This document shows, one piece after another, positions 9,947-19,654 of a stretch of DNA of 64,000 nucleotides. The stretch lies in assembly GCA_943325005.2 (NCBI GenBank), contig CALPNT020000001.1, positions 5,132-69,131 on the forward strand, read 5' to 3'. Position 1 is the first letter of the stretch. Each line of letters starts with the position of its first letter. Under the pieces are notes generated by a model. That model was given only the letters and a program-made list of their open reading frames with translations, had not been told where the DNA came from and searched no databases. The stretch comes from Bifidobacterium breve. GTDB taxonomy: Bacteria > Cyanobacteriota > Cyanobacteriia > PCC-6307 > Cyanobiaceae. The position numbers were made by a program, and so were the translations under genes.

Positions 9947-11550
9947 TGCTGCCCCGTCGCCTCTGGCTCTGGATCGGCCTAGGCCTGCTGCTGTTGCTGC
10001 TGGCGGGCCTAGTGCTGCAGGCCGTCAACCAGCTGATCTGGCAACTCAGCTACTGGCTGCCGGGCTGGTTGATCGGGCCCTTGCTGCTGCTGCTGCTGAG
10101 CGTGGTGCTGCTGGCCGTGATCCAGTTCGGCTGGCCCTGGTGGCAGGCCATGGCCCGTCGGGGGCCGGGCGGTCGACCAGCCCAGACGCCCCACCAGCCC
10201 TCCGGCAGCAAGCGGGAGGCCGCCGAACGCAACCTGGCCTCGATTGATCGCACCCTCGAGCGCATCCGCGATGAGGTGGAGCGCCAGGCCCTGCAGCAGG
10301 AGCGTCAACGGATGCAGCAGGAGCTGGAGCGGGGCGATCTGGTGATCACCCTGTTCGGCAGTGGCTCCACCGGCAAAACCTCCCTGATCCGGGCCTTGCT
10401 GCGCGAGTTGGTGGGCGAGGTGGGCGCGCCGATGGGCTCCACCACCGCATCGGCCCGCTATCGCCTGCGGCTGAAGCCATTGCCCCGGGCCGTGATCCTC
10501 GAAGACACACCCGGCATCCTCGAAGCGGGCAGCGCCGGGCGGGAGCGCGAACGGCGGGCCCGCCATCTGGCCGCACGGGCCGATCTGCTGCTGCTGGTGG
10601 TGGATGGCGATCTGCGCGCAGCCGAAATGGAGGTGTTCAACGTGCTGGCCAGCCTCGGCAAACGCCTGCTGCTGGTGCTCAACAAATGCGATCTGCGCGG
10701 TGAGCAGGAGGAACAACGGCTGCTGGCCCTGCTGCGCCAGCGCTGTTCCGGCCGCATCGCTGCCGCCGATGTGATTCCGGCCAGTGCCTCCCCCCAGAGC
10801 GTGCCGCTGCCAGGCGGCAAGCCCCGCCAGCCGCAGCCAGAGCTGGAGGCGCTGCTGCGGCGCCTGGCTGCCGTGCTGCAGGCCGATGGCGAGGAGCTGA
10901 TCGCCGACAACCTGCTGTTGCAATGCCGCCAGCTGGGGGAAACCAGCCGGGCCCTGCTCGATCGCCAACGTCGCCAAGATGCCGAGTCGATTGTGGATCG
11001 CTATGTCTGGATCGGCGCCGGTGTGGTAGCGCTCACGCCCCTGCCCGGGGTCGACCTGCTGGGTGCCGCGGCGGTGAATGCCCAGATGGTGATGGAGATC
11101 GGCAAGGTGTATGGCGTCAGCCTCAGCCGCGATTCAGCCCAGGATCTGGCCCTCTCCGTGGGCCGCACCCTGGCCGGTCTCGGTCTGGTGAAGGGGGGCG
11201 TGGCCCTGATCAGCAGTGTGATCAGCCTCAGCCTGCCGGTTCTGCTGGTGAGCCGGGCGATTCAGGCGGTGAGTGCCGCCTGGCTCACCCGGGTGGCGGG
11301 CCGCAGTTTCATCGTGTTCTTCCAGCAGGATCAGGACTGGGGCGATGGCGGACTGCAGTCGGTGTTGCAGCGCGAATACGACCTCAATCGCCGGGAAGAT
11401 GTGCTGCGGAGTTTCCTCAAGACGGCCGTTAACCGGGTGGTGGAGCCCCTGCAGCGCCGTCAGGTGCGCTTGCCACCCCGTTCACCAGAACGAAGCCAAG
11501 CGCCTCCGGCGGAGGGGGACGCAACGGACCGCGACTATCGAGAACCGTGA
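9946..11550 (+). CDS. Membrane-anchored GTPase with YcjF/DUF697 domain
   Basis: Two N-terminal TMs, GSGSTGKTS, DTPG, NKCD, C-terminal DWGDGG. Confidence 0.85.
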   Translation: MLPRRLWLWIGLGLLLLLLAGLVLQAVNQLIWQLSYWLPGWLIGPLLLLLLSVVLLAVIQFGWPWWQAMARRGPGGRPAQTPHQPSGSKREAAERNLASIDRTLERIRDEVERQALQQERQRMQQELERGDLVITLFGSGSTGKTSLIRALLRELVGEVGAPMGSTTASARYRLRLKPLPRAVILEDTPGILEAGSAGRERERRARHLAARADLLLLVVDGDLRAAEMEVFNVLASLGKRLLLVLNKCDLRGEQEEQRLLALLRQRCSGRIAAADVIPASASPQSVPLPGGKPRQPQPELEALLRRLAAVLQADGEELIADNLLLQCRQLGETSRALLDRQRRQDAESIVDRYVWIGAGVVALTPLPGVDLLGAAAVNAQMVMEIGKVYGVSLSRDSAQDLALSVGRTLAGLGLVKGGVALISSVISLSLPVLLVSRAIQAVSAAWLTRVAGRSFIVFFQQDQDWGDGGLQSVLQREYDLNRREDVLRSFLKTAVNRVVEPLQRRQVRLPPRSPERSQAPPAEGDATDRDYREP

Positions 11551-11695
11551 TCAGCAGCAGATAAAGCACACCGATCAGGATCGAGATGGCTCCGGTGACG
11601 ATCGCCACCCAGCGGGAGCCGCTCTTTGCCTTGCCAGCCGCTTCAGTCCGCCTGACCGGCGCCTCCATGTCCTTGTTCGTCGAGTCATCGGCCAT
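11429..11695 (-). CDS. Small hypothetical membrane protein
   Basis: Single TM WVAIVTGAISILIGVLYLLLITVL followed by RGPLRPPPPEALG; directly downstream of decarboxylase. Confidence 0.7.
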   Translation of the reverse strand: MADDSTNKDMEAPVRRTEAAGKAKSGSRWVAIVTGAISILIGVLYLLLITVLDSRGPLRPPPPEALGFVLVNGVASAPDGAAGAPPPG

Positions 11696-11699
11696 TGAT

Positions 11700-13211
11700 T
11701 TAGGTGCTCCTCGGCAGGCCGGCAGCCTCGCCCACCTCTGGCAGGTTCGCCTGCACGATCTGGGCGAGGCGCTCTAGGTGGCTGGCCTGGGTGTGGGGAT
11801 TGCCCAACACCGCCTTGAGGTGATGGTGGCCTTGATACCAGGGCCTGGAAAGCATCAGGTGCTCCGCCAGCAACGCCTGGCGGGTGTGACTGGACCAGGC
11901 ATCAGCAGCCTCTTGATTGAGGCCCCGGGGCCGGAAGGCCAGCAGATGCAGGGGCCCGCCCAGCAGCTGCAGGCGTGGTTCGGCCGCCAGCAGGATTTCC
12001 AGCTGCCGGCGCCGCCTGATCGCCCCTTCCACCAGCGCCGTGATGCCGTTCAAGCCCAACTGGCGCAAGCCGAGCCAGAGCTTGAGGATTTCAGCCGGCC
12101 GGCTGCCCTGCAAGCCGGATTCGCCGCCATGACCGGCACCCCAGCTGGGTTCCATGTAGGGCAGCCCGGTGGCAAAGGCCGCCTGCAGCAGGGCCGGTTG
12201 CGCCAGCAGCAGTAGGGAGGAGGTCTTGGTGATGCCGAGCAGCTTCTGGGGATTGACCGTGATCGAATCGGCGAGCTCCAGCCCCATCAGGTGTTGGCGC
12301 TGCGAAGCAGCCAGGGCAAACACCGCCCCGATCGCTCCGTCGACATGCAACCAATGACCATGGCGGCGGCATTGGGCCGCCATGGCATCCAGAGGATCGA
12401 TCGCCCCGCGAACCGTGGTGCCGGCCGTGGCCACCACCGCCAGCACCGGGATGCCAGCGGCCGCGAGCTGATCGAGCCGCTCGCCCAGGGCCGCGGCATC
12501 CAGCCGGCCCTGGCCATCCACCGGCAGGCGCTGCAAGGCGTGGGCGGGGAGCCCCATCACGGTCATCGCCTTGTCCAAGGAGACATGGGCATCAACGCTG
12601 CACAGCACCACGGCATCAGCGCGGCAGCCGAGGCCGCGGCTGCGGCGGGCGGTGACCAGGGCCATCAGGTTGCTGAGGGAGCCACCACTGGCGGCCACCC
12701 CACCGGCCTGGTCTCCGAGGCCGAGCTGCTGGGCCAGCCAGGAGCAAAGGCTGCGTTCCAGGCGGGTGAGGCTGGGGGAGAGCTCTTCAGCCAGCAGATT
12801 GTTGTTCAGCCCGGCACAGATCAGATCGGCGGCGATCGAGGCCGCCAGGGGCGGCGGATCGAGATGGGCGAGCGCTCCCGGGTGATTGGGGTTGAAGGCT
12901 CCCTCCATCACCAGCTGCAGATCCGCCAGCAGCCGCTCCGCCGGCAGACCCTGTGCCTCCGGTTCGACGGCCGGCAACACACTCAGGGCCGGCAAGGGTG
13001 AACCCGCTTCGGCCTGGCCGAGCCACTGGCAGAGCAGGCTGGAGGCCTGATGCAGAAAGCGCTCGAGCTGGGGATCCAATCCGGCCGGATCGGCAAAGCC
13101 CTTGAGCTCAGCAAAGCCCTTGAGCTCAGCAGCGTCAGCGAGAACGGGCGATGGGGAAAGCCGTTGAACGGAGGGCGCGCTGGCCAACGGGGCTGGTCGG
13201 TGTGGGGGCAT
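11700..13211 (-). CDS. Group II PLP-dependent decarboxylase
   Basis: AHLDPPP, SGGSLSNLMAL, AHVSLDKA, ATAGTT, WLHVDGAIG, ITVNPQK (PLP lysine); start uncertain. Confidence 0.9.
   Translation of the reverse strand: MPPHRPAPLASAPSVQRLSPSPVLADAAELKGFAELKGFADPAGLDPQLERFLHQASSLLCQWLGQAEAGSPLPALSVLPAVEPEAQGLPAERLLADLQLVMEGAFNPNHPGALAHLDPPPLAASIAADLICAGLNNNLLAEELSPSLTRLERSLCSWLAQQLGLGDQAGGVAASGGSLSNLMALVTARRSRGLGCRADAVVLCSVDAHVSLDKAMTVMGLPAHALQRLPVDGQGRLDAAALGERLDQLAAAGIPVLAVVATAGTTVRGAIDPLDAMAAQCRRHGHWLHVDGAIGAVFALAASQRQHLMGLELADSITVNPQKLLGITKTSSLLLLAQPALLQAAFATGLPYMEPSWGAGHGGESGLQGSRPAEILKLWLGLRQLGLNGITALVEGAIRRRRQLEILLAAEPRLQLLGGPLHLLAFRPRGLNQEAADAWSSHTRQALLAEHLMLSRPWYQGHHHLKAVLGNPHTQASHLERLAQIVQANLPEVGEAAGLPRST
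13093..13131. repeat. Perfect 18-bp tandem duplication GCAAAGCCCTTGAGCTCA x2
   Basis: Read directly; gives AELKGF-AELKGF in the decarboxylase. Confidence 0.9.
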
Positions 13212-13250
13212 TCTGCCCCGTGCCAGGGCGCCCACGGCTACAAGGGAGCG

Positions 13251-13721
13251 ATGGAGCAGCGCCAGCGGGACGAATTCTGGATGGAGCGCCTGCTGCGCCA
13301 GGCGGAACGGGTGGGACGGCAGGGAGAGATCCCTGTGGCGGCCGTGATCCTCGATCGCAACGGCCATTGCCTGGGCTGGGGCAGCAACCGCCGCCATCGC
13401 CAGCAGGATCCGCTCGGTCATGCCGAACTGGTGGCCCTGCGCCAGGCGGCGGCGCTGCGGGGCGACTGGCGTTTCAACGATTGCAGCCTGCTGGTGACCC
13501 TCGAACCCTGCCCGATGTGCGCCGGCGCCCTGATCCAGGCCCGCGTCGGTCGGGTGGTGTTCGCGGCCAGCGATGCCAAACGCGGCGCCCTCGGCGGTTG
13601 CCTCAACCTGGCCAGCGACCCCAGCGCCCACCACCACATGGCGATCGTGGGGGGAATTCAGGCCCAGGCTGCCCAGCAGCAGCTCGGCGACTGGTTTCGC
13701 CGCCGCCGCGCTCAGCGTTGA
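13251..13721 (+). CDS. tadA: tRNA adenosine deaminase
   Basis: GEIPVAAV, HAE, TLEPCPMC zinc motif. Confidence 0.9.
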   Translation: MEQRQRDEFWMERLLRQAERVGRQGEIPVAAVILDRNGHCLGWGSNRRHRQQDPLGHAELVALRQAAALRGDWRFNDCSLLVTLEPCPMCAGALIQARVGRVVFAASDAKRGALGGCLNLASDPSAHHHMAIVGGIQAQAAQQQLGDWFRRRRAQR

Positions 13722-13763
13722 AAGGCCGGTTGGCAGGACTGGCGACGGGCTGCCGCCGGTGGC

Positions 13764-14942
13764 TCAGGCGACGGAGACCATCGCCGGCGAGCTGGGGCGA
13801 AAAGCGGGCAGCTCCTCCTCCAGCAGGGTCAGCAGCCGATCGACGTTCTCCGGGGTGCTGTTGTACCCCATCAGGCCGATGCGCCAGACCTGGCCGGCCA
13901 GGGCACCCAGGCCGCCGCCGACCTCGATGCCATGGGTATCGAGCAGATGGCGGCTGAACGCCTTGCCATCCACCCCCTCGGGGATGCGCACGGTGGTGAG
14001 GGTGGGCAAACGCAGCTCGAGCGGCACGTGGAGCTGGAGGTCCAAGCGCTCCAGACCGGCCCAGAGCCGTTCGGCATTGCGGCGGTGGCGGCTCCAGGCG
14101 TTGTCCAGACCTTCTTCAGCCAGCAGCCGCAGCGCTTCGCGCATGCCGAAGTTCATGTTCACCGGGGCGGTGTGGTGATACACCCGATCGCTGCCCCAGT
14201 ACTGGTTAAGCAGGGAGACATCGAGATACCAGTTGGGCACCTTGCCGCTGCGGGCCGCCAGCTTGGCTTCGGCTCGCGGACCCATGGTGAAGGGGCCGAG
14301 GCCGGGGGGGCAGCTGAGACCCTTCTGGCTGCAGCTGTAGGCCAGATCCACCTGCCAGGTGTCGAGCAGCAGCGGCACCGCCCCCAGGGAGGTGACGGTA
14401 TCGAGCAGCAACAGGCAATCGTGCTGGCGGCAGAGCTCGCCGATGCCCTCCATCGGTTGGCAGACACCGGTGGAGGTTTCGGCATGGACCATCGCCAGGA
14501 TGGCCGGCTTGTGACTGATCAGGGCCTGTTCCAGCTCCTCGAGACTGAAGGCCTCGCCCCAGGGGCGCTCGATCGTCACCACATCGGCCCGGTAACGACC
14601 GGCCATGTCCACGAGGCGCTGGCCGAAGTAACCCATCACCGCCACCAGCACCTTGTCGCCGGGTTCGATGGTGTTGGCCAGCGTGGCCTCCATGGCGGCG
14701 CTGCCGGTGCCGCTCATCGGAATCGTGAGCCGGTTATCGGTTTGCCAGGCGTAGCGCAGCAGCTCCTGCACTTCGCCCATCAGCTCGATGTAGAGGGGAT
14801 CGAGATGGCCGATCGGCGGCCGGGCGAGGGCCTCGAGCACCTTGGGATGGGCGTTGGAGGGGCCTGGACCGAGCAGCAGACGTTCGGGAGTGGCGATCGG
14901 ATCCAGCAGGAGCCGATGGCTGGAATTGATAGGAGGCTGCAC
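13764..14942 (-). CDS. Alanine-glyoxylate / serine-pyruvate aminotransferase
   Basis: LLLGPGPSN, VHAETSTG, DTVTSLG, SCSQKGL, WRIGLMG; GTG start guessed. Confidence 0.92.
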   Translation of the reverse strand: MQPPINSSHRLLLDPIATPERLLLGPGPSNAHPKVLEALARPPIGHLDPLYIELMGEVQELLRYAWQTDNRLTIPMSGTGSAAMEATLANTIEPGDKVLVAVMGYFGQRLVDMAGRYRADVVTIERPWGEAFSLEELEQALISHKPAILAMVHAETSTGVCQPMEGIGELCRQHDCLLLLDTVTSLGAVPLLLDTWQVDLAYSCSQKGLSCPPGLGPFTMGPRAEAKLAARSGKVPNWYLDVSLLNQYWGSDRVYHHTAPVNMNFGMREALRLLAEEGLDNAWSRHRRNAERLWAGLERLDLQLHVPLELRLPTLTTVRIPEGVDGKAFSRHLLDTHGIEVGGGLGALAGQVWRIGLMGYNSTPENVDRLLTLLEEELPAFRPSSPAMVSVA

Positions 14943-15100
14943 GGAAAGAACCAAGACCGGAGCGGCGGCGGAAAGATGGGGTGAGAGTAGTAAAGGATGA
15001 ACTCCCACCGCTACGACAGGGGCTGCGCAGCTGGGACGCTGGGGAGCCTCGGCCACTGCTGCAGCTGAGGGGCCCAGAGGTGGGGAGTTAAGCCTGGCCT

Positions 15101-15622
15101 TCAGCGGGCGCGGACATTGCTGGTGGCCAGACCACGGACCAGGTGCTCAAAGGGCACTCGCACCACCGCGTCGACATCGGCCACACCGGCATCGGCCAAC
15201 ATCTCGCAGACCACCACAGCGAGCAGGGAGATGCCACGCACCGTTGGACCGGTGGGCACACCCAGACTCTTGTAGGTGTCATCAAGGCCGTTGAGCACCC
15301 GTTCGTCCAGGATCGTCAGATCGTCGGCGATCAAGGCGTAACTGGCGTAGCGCAAGAAGTAATCCATGTCGCGCAGGCAAGCGGCCAGACGACGGGTGGT
15401 GTAGGCGTTGCCGCCGGGCAGGATCAGCTCCGGATCCTCCAGCCAGAGGCGCTGGGAGGCCTCACGCACAATCGTGGTGGCTTCGCGGTTGATCAGCTCC
15501 ACCGCCGCCAGGCGAATCCTGGACTGGGCGAAGAAACCATCGATGCGATCGATGGCCGCCCGATCGAAGTAGCGGCCCAGCTGGTCATAACGGCCGATCA
15601 GGCCACTGATGGCATCGCGCAT
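15101..15622 (-). CDS. apcF: Allophycocyanin beta-18 subunit
   Basis: MRDAISGLIGRYDQLGRY, GGNAYTTRRLAACLRDMDYFLRYASYA; divergent from glnA. Confidence 0.92.
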   Translation of the reverse strand: MRDAISGLIGRYDQLGRYFDRAAIDRIDGFFAQSRIRLAAVELINREATTIVREASQRLWLEDPELILPGGNAYTTRRLAACLRDMDYFLRYASYALIADDLTILDERVLNGLDDTYKSLGVPTGPTVRGISLLAVVVCEMLADAGVADVDAVVRVPFEHLVRGLATSNVRAR

Positions 15623-15800
15623 GGTCGGATCAAATCGACGCACCTGGGGCGGAAGCTAGCACTTGCAAACCGGCAGAATCCTTTGCCCAGCGTGGATCTG
15701 GGCAAGTTGACAGAAACGGTTACGCAGTTGCGGCGGCCTTGGCGAAGACGTGGCGAAGCCGTGGCGCTGGGCCGCTGACACGAGCCGAACCGGTCATTCC

Positions 15801-15843
15801 GTTGCAACCGATACAAAATCGAAACGGTATCGGTCCGTACCTT
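15801..15843 (+). promoter_or_regulatory. NtcA-type promoter of glnA
   Basis: GTT-N8-TAC (15801-15814), 23 nt spacer, TACCTT -10 box (15838-15843); also GTA-N8-TAC at 15827-15840. Confidence 0.7.
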
Positions 15844-15892
15844 CCAGCCTGCCGCCCTCCGAGAGCGGCCATCCCCAGTTTCTCTCCGTGCC

Positions 15893-17311
15893 ATGGCCAA
15901 ATCCGCCCAGGACGTTCTGCGTCAGATCAAGGACGAAGGCATCGAGCTGATCGACCTGAAGTTCGTCGATCTGCATGGCAAGTGGCAGCACCTCACCGTC
16001 TGCAACGACCTGATCGATGCAGCCGCCTTCAGCGAAGGCGTGGCGTTCGACGGCTCCTCGATCCGTGGCTGGAAGGCAATTAATGAGTCGGACATGGCGA
16101 TGGTGCCGGATCCCAACACCGCCTGGATCGATCCCTTTTACAGTCATAAAACCCTGAGCCTGATCTGCTCCATCCAGGAACCGCGCAGCGGCAAGCCCTA
16201 CGGCCGCTGCCCCCGGGCCCTGGCCCAGAAAGCCCTCGAGTACCTCGGAACCACCGGGCTGGCCGACACCGCTTATTTCGGCCCCGAACCTGAGTTCTTC
16301 ATTTTCGACGATGTCCGCTACAAAAGCAGCAACGGCAGCAGCTTCTACAGCGTCGACTCAATTGAAGCTGCCTGGAACACGGACCGCCAGGAGGAAGGTG
16401 GCAATCTCGCCTATAAGATCCTGCTGAAGGAAGGCTATTTCCCGGTAGCGCCCAATGACACCCTGCAGGACATCCGCAGCGAAATGTTGCTGACCATGGC
16501 CTCCCTCGGCGTGCCGGTGGAAAAGCAGCACCATGAGGTGGCCACAGCCCAGCACGAACTCGGCATCAAGTTTGCGGAACTGATCAGCGCCGCCGATAAC
16601 GTGATGATCTACAAATATGTTGTGCGCAATATCGCCAGGAAATACGGCAAAACGGCCACCTTCATGCCCAAGCCCGTGTTTGCCGACAACGGCAGCGGTA
16701 TGCACGTGCATCAGAGCCTCTGGAAAGCCGGCCAGCCCCTGTTTTTCGGCGAAGGCACCTACGCCAACCTCTCCCAGACAGCCCGTTGGTACATCGGCGG
16801 CTTGCTCAAGCATGCCCCCAGTTTCCTCGCCTTCACCAATCCCACCACCAACAGCTACAAGCGACTGGTGCCCGGCTTCGAGGCACCGGTGAACCTGGTG
16901 TATTCGCAGGGCAACCGCTCCGCCGCCGTACGCATCCCCCTCACCGGCCCCAACCCCAAAGCCAAACGGCTTGAGTTCCGTTCCGGCGATGCCCTGGCCA
17001 ACCCTTACATCGCCTTCTCGGCGATGTTGATGGCCGGCATCGACGGTATTCAGAACCAGATCGATCCGGGTGATGGCACCGATGTTGATCTGTTTGATCT
17101 TTCAGCCGAAGAGCTCGCCAGGATCTCCACGGTTCCGGCCTCTCTGAACGGCGCCCTCGAGGCGCTCGATCGCGACAAGGACTACCTGCTGGCTGGTGGG
17201 GTCTTCACCGAAGACTTCATCAACAACTGGATCGCCCTCAAATACGAGGAGGTGCAGCAACTGCGCCAGCGGCCTCACCCCCATGAGTTCGTGATGTACT
17301 ACGACGCCTGA
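15893..17311 (+). CDS. glnA: Glutamine synthetase type I
   Basis: [52 protein letters not shown]. Confidence 0.98.
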   Translation: MAKSAQDVLRQIKDEGIELIDLKFVDLHGKWQHLTVCNDLIDAAAFSEGVAFDGSSIRGWKAINESDMAMVPDPNTAWIDPFYSHKTLSLICSIQEPRSGKPYGRCPRALAQKALEYLGTTGLADTAYFGPEPEFFIFDDVRYKSSNGSSFYSVDSIEAAWNTDRQEEGGNLAYKILLKEGYFPVAPNDTLQDIRSEMLLTMASLGVPVEKQHHEVATAQHELGIKFAELISAADNVMIYKYVVRNIARKYGKTATFMPKPVFADNGSGMHVHQSLWKAGQPLFFGEGTYANLSQTARWYIGGLLKHAPSFLAFTNPTTNSYKRLVPGFEAPVNLVYSQGNRSAAVRIPLTGPNPKAKRLEFRSGDALANPYIAFSAMLMAGIDGIQNQIDPGDGTDVDLFDLSAEELARISTVPASLNGALEALDRDKDYLLAGGVFTEDFINNWIALKYEEVQQLRQRPHPHEFVMYYDA

Positions 17312-17355
17312 TGCCATTTGCTGTGCCGTTGATCCTGAGCGACGCCTAGTCGCGG

Positions 17356-17379
17356 GCCCCGGCTGACACCGGGGCTTTT
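17356..17379 (+). terminator. Rho-independent terminator after glnA
   Basis: GCCCCGG-CTGACA-CCGGGGC-TTTT. Confidence 0.75.
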
Positions 17380-17459
17380 GGCTGACCTGCCGGGGATGGC
17401 CGCCCTCGGTTCGCGGTTGAACCTGTTGGAATGAGACCTCTATTCTCCGCGCCGCTTCC

Positions 17460-18518
17460 GTGCCCGAAACGCTCACCAAGCTGGCTTACCAGACGATGCA
17501 GCAGGGCAAGAGCCTGATGGGCCAGGCCCATAAGGAGGCCAGCAGCCGCCTGATGGGATTGCTGGCGCCGGACGGCAAACCGAAAACCGAACCGTTGCCG
17601 GCTGAGTTGCTCGCTCGCCTGCTCAAGGCCATGGAGCGACTCACTGAACGGGACTGGCAGGAGGCGCAGCAGGGCCTCTATCCCACCTCGCTGCTGTTCG
17701 ATGCCCCCTGGCTGGACTGGGCGGCGCGCTATCCGCTGCTGTGGCTTGATCTGCCGCTCACCTGGCGGCGGCGCCAGGAGCGCAAGGTGCGGGATCTGCC
17801 CAGTGATGTGAACCACGAGGCCTATCCGGACTACTACCTCCAGAACTTCCACCACCAGACCGACGGCTACCTCAGCGACCACTCCGCTGCGCTCTACGAC
17901 CTCGGCGTGGAGATTCTGTTCAATGGCACCGCCGATCCGATGCGACGGCGCATCCTGGGCCCGTTGCGGCGCGGTCTCGAGGTCTTTGCCCATCGCCCAG
18001 CCAGCTCGCTGCGGGTGCTGGATGTGGCCGCCGGCACCGGTCGCACCCTGCGCCAACTGCGCGGGGCTCTGCCCCAGGCCCAGCTGGTGGGGCTGGATCT
18101 TTCCAGTGCTTATCTGCGGCAGGCCAATCGCTGGCTGTCCCAGCTCAATGGCGAGCTCCCCCAGCTGGTGCAGGGCAATGGGGAGGCCATGCCCTTCGCC
18201 GATGGCTGCTTCCAGGCCGTGAGCTGCGTCTTCCTGCTGCATGAACTGCCGGCCCAGGCCCGCCAGAACGTGATCGACGAAGCCTTCCGCCTGCTCGAAC
18301 CGGGTGGGGTGCTGGTGCTGGCCGATTCGGTGCAACTGCAGGATTCACCCGAGTTCAAGGTGGCCATGGAGAACTTCCGCCGCGTCTTCCATGAGCCCTA
18401 CTACCGCGACTACCTCAGTGACTCGATCGAAACGCGGCTCAACCAGGCGGGGTTCGAGGCGATCACGGCCGAGTCTCACTTCATGACCCGGGTGTGGAGT
18501 GCCCGCAAACCGGCCTAA
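17460..18518 (+). CDS. Class I SAM-dependent methyltransferase
   Basis: YPDYYLQNFHHQTDGYLS, VLDVAAGTG, FLLHELP. Confidence 0.88.
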   Translation: MPETLTKLAYQTMQQGKSLMGQAHKEASSRLMGLLAPDGKPKTEPLPAELLARLLKAMERLTERDWQEAQQGLYPTSLLFDAPWLDWAARYPLLWLDLPLTWRRRQERKVRDLPSDVNHEAYPDYYLQNFHHQTDGYLSDHSAALYDLGVEILFNGTADPMRRRILGPLRRGLEVFAHRPASSLRVLDVAAGTGRTLRQLRGALPQAQLVGLDLSSAYLRQANRWLSQLNGELPQLVQGNGEAMPFADGCFQAVSCVFLLHELPAQARQNVIDEAFRLLEPGGVLVLADSVQLQDSPEFKVAMENFRRVFHEPYYRDYLSDSIETRLNQAGFEAITAESHFMTRVWSARKPA

Positions 18519-18805
18519 CGCTGCAGCAACCAGGCCAACAGCAAGCCCAGTCCCCCCCAGCGCAGCCCCTGCCAGAAGATCTCCCCGCCCCGCCGCGAGG
18601 ATCCCAGCCACTCCGGCAGGGGATCGAGCAGGCGCTGGGCCAGGGCCAGGCGCTGGTGTCGTCGCCGCATCAGCGCCCCGCAGGGCTCCGCGGCTGGCCG
18701 GCGCTGACTGAGGCTCAGCACGGCGGCCAGGTGATGCAACACCCCGGGTGGGCTGAGCGGAGAGTGCCAACGGCGATTGGCAGAGCGCGGCGAGGGGCGG
18801 AGCAT
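18515..18805 (-). CDS. Hypothetical protein with C-terminal TM
   Basis: ORF ending FWQGLRWGGLGLLLAWLLQR; start uncertain. Confidence 0.55.
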   Translation of the reverse strand: MLRPSPRSANRRWHSPLSPPGVLHHLAAVLSLSQRRPAAEPCGALMRRRHQRLALAQRLLDPLPEWLGSSRRGGEIFWQGLRWGGLGLLLAWLLQR

Positions 18806-18855
18806 GGCAAGAGCCTCAGCGGCAGACCCGAAGCAGTCCACCCATAGGCGCCAGG

Positions 18856-19203
18856 ATGGTGCGCGAACCCCGTGCGCGTCCAGTGGTGAGTCCCTTGACC
18901 GAGACCGAACCCGCCCGGAAGGCGGCTCGAGAGCAGTGGCCCGAAGGAGCCCTGGAGCTGGCCCAGAGCTTGCAGCGGCGCCTGGTGATCAACGATCGCG
19001 ATTGGCATGCGCTCAAATCCCAGCGTTGTCGCCGGGCCAGCGAACAGGTGGCAGCCGCCCTCGTGCAGCTGCTGGCCGCCGACCATCCAGCAGACCGGGC
19101 CACCAGTGCGGCCCGGCTCGAAGCGATCGCCTTGCTCGACCATGCGATCGGCTGGTTGAAAGCCGAAGTCAGCGATCCGGGCTGCCCCAGCCACGGCCGC
19201 TGA
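18856..19203 (+). CDS. Conserved cyanobacterial hypothetical protein (DUF6439-like)
   Basis: LVINDRDWHALKSQR..RASEQ..DPGCPSH. Confidence 0.75.
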   Translation: MVREPRARPVVSPLTETEPARKAAREQWPEGALELAQSLQRRLVINDRDWHALKSQRCRRASEQVAAALVQLLAADHPADRATSAARLEAIALLDHAIGWLKAEVSDPGCPSHGR

Positions 19204-19612
19204 ACAGGGCAAGGGGGGAAGGCTCCGGTCGGCGCACGGCCAGTTGCAGGCGATTGCCGCGGCGACTCCAACGCACGTCGTCGAAGCAGTGGTGGATCAG
19301 GAACAGCCCGCGGCCGGCCAGGGCATCCACCGCCTCTGGCAGGGCCTGCCGCCGAGCCGGCTGCGGCAGGCCGGGGCCCTCATCCTGGATCTGCCAGACC
19401 AGCCAGCGGGGCGTCTGGATCAGCCGCACCCGCAGGCATTTGCCCGGATCACAGCCGTTGCCGTGGCGCACCGCATTGACCAGAGCCTCATGCAGACCGA
19501 GCTGCAGTTCAGCCAGACGGGCACCACACTCGACCGGCTCCAGCAGAATTTCCACCAGGGGCGCCAACTGCAGCGTCGATGGTGTAATGAAATCGGCCCA
19601 ACGCAACGGCAT
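19169..19612 (-). CDS. Anti-sigma-factor-like HATPase (RsbW-type) protein
   Basis: GLHEALVNAVRHGN, IQDEGPG, GRGLFLI. Confidence 0.85.
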   Translation of the reverse strand: MPLRWADFITPSTLQLAPLVEILLEPVECGARLAELQLGLHEALVNAVRHGNGCDPGKCLRVRLIQTPRWLVWQIQDEGPGLPQPARRQALPEAVDALAGRGLFLIHHCFDDVRWSRRGNRLQLAVRRPEPSPLALFSGRGWGSPDR

Positions 19613-19654
19613 GTGCAGTGTTGGCCTGCAGGCAACTGCGGGACTGTTTCGACC

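Noticed and set aside
19169..19612. RsbW-like kinase and the STAS gene (52105) as one partner-switching locus
   Set aside because: More than 30 kb apart, each in its own core context; pairing cannot be supported from the sequence
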